Shown piece after piece: positions 61,292-64,000 of a stretch of 64,000 nucleotides of DNA. How positions within the stretch are numbered: the first letter of the stretch is position 1; each line of letters starts with the position of its first letter. A program made the position numbers and the translations under genes. Under the pieces are notes generated by a model. That model saw nothing but the letters and a program-made list of their open reading frames with translations. It did no database searches and was not told the origin of the DNA. This DNA comes from Patescibacteria group bacterium (GTDB lineage Bacteria > Patescibacteriota > Microgenomatia > Levybacterales > UBA12049): contig DATICB010000020.1 in assembly GCA_035457005.1 (NCBI GenBank), positions 2,109 to 66,108 on the forward strand. Direction: 5' to 3'.

Positions 61292-63604
61292 TTGTCAACT
61301 TTGTCTATAATAGGCTATATGGAGTTTCAGTCGAGACGCCGTCGCCGCAGTATTATTGGTCAAATCTGGCAATTTTTTTTCCCTAGTACAAATGGTGCAT
61401 CTCGGATTATGTTGTACAGCAGACTGGCCCGCCTCACCTTATTTGCACTTATTATTGGTATTGTTATTTTTGTTATTCTTTTTATTTGGTACGGACGTGA
61501 TTTGCCTGCACCTGGCAAACTCATTAACAGTAGTTTGGCTGAGTCGACACGAATTTATGATAGAAAAGGTGTGCTCCTCTACTCTGTCTACAAAGACCAA
61601 AATCGTGCATATGTGTCTCTTAACGACATACCTAAAAATGTGCAACACGCAACAATTGCGATAGAAGACAGAAATTTTTACACAAATTCTGGATTTTCTG
61701 TAACAGGCTATGTCCGCTCGTTTATTGATCTTATTGTGTATCGAAGAATTGTGAGTGGAGGCTCAACACTTACGCAGCAATTGGTCAAAAATGTATTATT
61801 GCAAGATACGCAGCAGACATTTATCCGCAAGCTCAAAGAGCTTATTTTGGCAATCCAGGTAGACAAAAGATATTCAAAAGATCAAATCCTGGAAATGTAT
61901 TTAAATGATGTGCCGTATGGTGGTGCAAATATTGGTGTTGAGTCGGCGGCGCAAGCATATTTTGGGAAAGATGTAAAAGATTTGGATTTGGCACAATCTG
62001 CATTTTTAGCAGGATTGCCTCAGGCGCCAAGTGTGTACTCGCCATTTTCTGGGAATAAATACTACCTGGCCAGGACACAGGCAGTCTTGAATGCGATGCG
62101 AGACGAAGGCTATATTTCGCAAAAACAAGACGATAGTGCGTATAAAGAGGTTCAGCAAATGAGTTTTTCAGATACTGACAGATCGATTAAGGCGCCGCAC
62201 TGGGTCATGTATATTAAACAGCTTCTTGCCCAGCAGTTTGGCGAGGCAGCTGTTGATAACGGTGGATTACAAGTAACAACAACTCTTGACTATGACATTG
62301 AGAAAAATGCAGAGGCAACAGTAAAGTCAGAAATTGGAAAATTGAAAGGATATCATGTTGCCAATGCAGCGGCAATGGTTATGGATCCAAAGACTGGACA
62401 AATTTTAGCAATGGTTGGGAATACTGACTATTTTGATACATCAATTGATGGGAATTACAACGATGCGTTGGCAAACAGACAGCCTGGGTCTTCTCTAAAA
62501 CCAATTATGTACGCAACAGCATTTGAAAAAGGCTACACCCCGGCAACAGAAGTAATGGACGTCAAGACAGATTTCCCATCTGGTGATCCGATAAATCCCA
62601 ATTATCAGCCAGTCAACTATGATGGCAAATATCATGGCCCGATTCAGTTGCGATTTGCATTGGGAAATTCCATGAATATTCCAGCTGTTAAAATGCTTGC
62701 ACGGGTTGGGATAAAAGATGTCATGACAAATGCATTTAATATGGGCATTAAAAATTGGGAGCCAACATCGAGTAATATTGCCAATGTTGGCCTGTCACTT
62801 GTTTTGGGAGGACGCGAGACAACACTTCTTGATGAAATGACTGCATACAGTGTGTTTGCAGATAACGGAGTAAAACATGATCCTGTTGCGATTCTTAAGG
62901 TAACAGACAGTCACGGAAATACACTTTTCCAAAATCAGGACAAATCAGGCATGCAGGTTCTCCCCAAAGAGGTAACCTTTCTTATTTCCCATATTTTACT
63001 GGACAATAATGCAAGAGAAGCAGAATTTGGTCCAAATTCGTGGCTTGTTGTCTCGGGTAAAACAGTCAGTGTAAAAACAGGAACAACAGATGATAAAAAA
63101 GACAACTGGACTATGGGATACACGCCCTCGTATGTTGTAGGCGTCTGGGTTGGCAACAACGACAACAGTGCAATGAATCAAGCAATTGCGTCAGGCGTAA
63201 CAGGAGCGTCTCCTATTTGGAATAAAATTATGACGTATGTTTTAAAGGGCAAGCCAGATGAGCCGCCGGTGAAACCAGACAATGTTGTTGCGGTTACGGT
63301 TGATTCTCTTTTTGGGGGACTTCCCTACAATAATCAGCCAACACGGTCTGAATACTTTATTAAAGGTACTGAGCCAACAGCAACAAATCCTGTGTATCAG
63401 TCGAAAGATGGAAAAATTTATTATGTTGTTAGAGAATCAGATCCTGTAAGTACAGACGGCGTGAATAGGTGGCAACAAGGAATCGATACCTGGATTACAC
63501 AAAATCATTCTGCAGCGGATTATCAGTGGTACCCACCAGAAGATTTACTGAAGCAATTAAATATTGCACCAACCAATCCTGTCACACCAACACCAACGCC
63601 GTAA
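61292..63604 (+). CDS. class A penicillin-binding protein (transglycosylase + transpeptidase)
   Basis: GT51 motifs (IAIEDRNFY, TLTQQL), transpeptidase SSLKP (SxxK), SMN, KTGTT; N-terminal TM helix; exact start Met uncertain. Confidence 0.9.
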   Translation: MSTLSIIGYMEFQSRRRRRSIIGQIWQFFFPSTNGASRIMLYSRLARLTLFALIIGIVIFVILFIWYGRDLPAPGKLINSSLAESTRIYDRKGVLLYSVYKDQNRAYVSLNDIPKNVQHATIAIEDRNFYTNSGFSVTGYVRSFIDLIVYRRIVSGGSTLTQQLVKNVLLQDTQQTFIRKLKELILAIQVDKRYSKDQILEMYLNDVPYGGANIGVESAAQAYFGKDVKDLDLAQSAFLAGLPQAPSVYSPFSGNKYYLARTQAVLNAMRDEGYISQKQDDSAYKEVQQMSFSDTDRSIKAPHWVMYIKQLLAQQFGEAAVDNGGLQVTTTLDYDIEKNAEATVKSEIGKLKGYHVANAAAMVMDPKTGQILAMVGNTDYFDTSIDGNYNDALANRQPGSSLKPIMYATAFEKGYTPATEVMDVKTDFPSGDPINPNYQPVNYDGKYHGPIQLRFALGNSMNIPAVKMLARVGIKDVMTNAFNMGIKNWEPTSSNIANVGLSLVLGGRETTLLDEMTAYSVFADNGVKHDPVAILKVTDSHGNTLFQNQDKSGMQVLPKEVTFLISHILLDNNAREAEFGPNSWLVVSGKTVSVKTGTTDDKKDNWTMGYTPSYVVGVWVGNNDNSAMNQAIASGVTGASPIWNKIMTYVLKGKPDEPPVKPDNVVAVTVDSLFGGLPYNNQPTRSEYFIKGTEPTATNPVYQSKDGKIYYVVRESDPVSTDGVNRWQQGIDTWITQNHSAADYQWYPPEDLLKQLNIAPTNPVTPTPTP

Positions 63605-63638
63605 TAAAAAACGCAAGTATTCACAAATTACCTGTTTC

Positions 63639-63824
63639 TTATTTAGTTCCACCGTGACTATTGCTCCCTGATGTTCCAGAAGCTCCCCCAACGACGCTTG
63701 GTAATTCACCAGTTGTGTCTGCCATGCCGCCTCCCCGTCCGCCATTATGATTTCCTTGACTGGTGAAGCGTATCTGAAGTACTGCTTTTTTTCCAAGCAG
63801 GTTTTCTATTGTGTATCGTGCCAT
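63639..63824 (-). CDS. small Gly-rich protein (61 aa)
   Basis: GGGGAGGTG SD 6 nt upstream of ATG (MARYTIENLLGKKAVLQIRFTSQ...), Gly/Ser-rich C-terminus. Confidence 0.4.
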   Translation of the reverse strand: MARYTIENLLGKKAVLQIRFTSQGNHNGGRGGGMADTTGELPSVVGGASGTSGSNSHGGTK

Positions 63825-64000
63825 ATTCTCACCTCCCCTCTCGCATAACAGTAGAGAAAAGATGTATGACTCGCAATGAGGAATGGATGTGGATGGCACA
63901 CTTTTTTTTAATCTCAAAACTCATGCGCATTGGTGCTGCATTGTTATTGCCACTGTTTATCTTTTATTGTAAATCTAGCAATTTTGCGAAAGGAGGTGAG

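Overview
AT-rich (about 36-38% GC) bacterial chromosomal segment with compact, overlapping genes and weak Shine-Dalgarno usage. A type IV pilus system with PilM/N/O but no secretin is present. This is consistent with a Candidate Phyla Radiation / Patescibacteria-like monoderm genome; that placement is inferred from composition and gene content, not from any search. The window reads as follows. (1) 1-9.5 kb: housekeeping and transport genes (EamA transporter, hisS, LOG-family, TrpR-like, AI-2E transporter, M24 peptidase, secreted proteins, dnaB). (2) 9.5-10.2 kb: a tRNA-Leu(CAA) locus with terminators, a GC-rich structured element and short repeats. (3) 10.2-19.6 kb: pepN (M1), efp, MFS transporter, rluA-family, yebC and membrane proteins. 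(4) 19.6-25 kb: an island-like block holding about 1 kb with no ORF over 60 aa, poorly conserved small ORFs, a retropepsin-like fragment, a tyrosine recombinase, an RmlC-like cupin and a GC-rich RibA-like gene. (5) 25.2-29.5 kb: a minus-strand operon of pyrE, pyrF, class-1 pyrD and an unusual AsnRS-like synthetase core fused to a CarB-type MGS domain, preceded by a promoter / 18-aa uORF / terminator arrangement that looks like an attenuator. (6) 29.5-37.6 kb: folD, gyrA, ppa, PNPOx-like, gyrB, alkA-like, holB. (7) 37.7-53.5 kb: a large plus-strand type IV pilus locus, pilB-pilT-pilC-pilin-[DUF2723/TPR GT-C protein]-[PIG-V-like GT-C protein]-pilD-six tandem pilins-pilX-like-pilM-pilN-pilO. (8) 53.5-64 kb: trmD, P-loop kinase, KH protein, rpsP, rnc, nusB, rpmF, recG, tyrS, HAD hydrolase, class A PBP, and several tiny SD-supported ORFs. 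The two findings I rate highest are the glycosyltransferase pair embedded in the pilus operon (candidate pilin glycosylation module) and the AsnRS-core/MGS fusion heading the pyr operon with its candidate attenuator.
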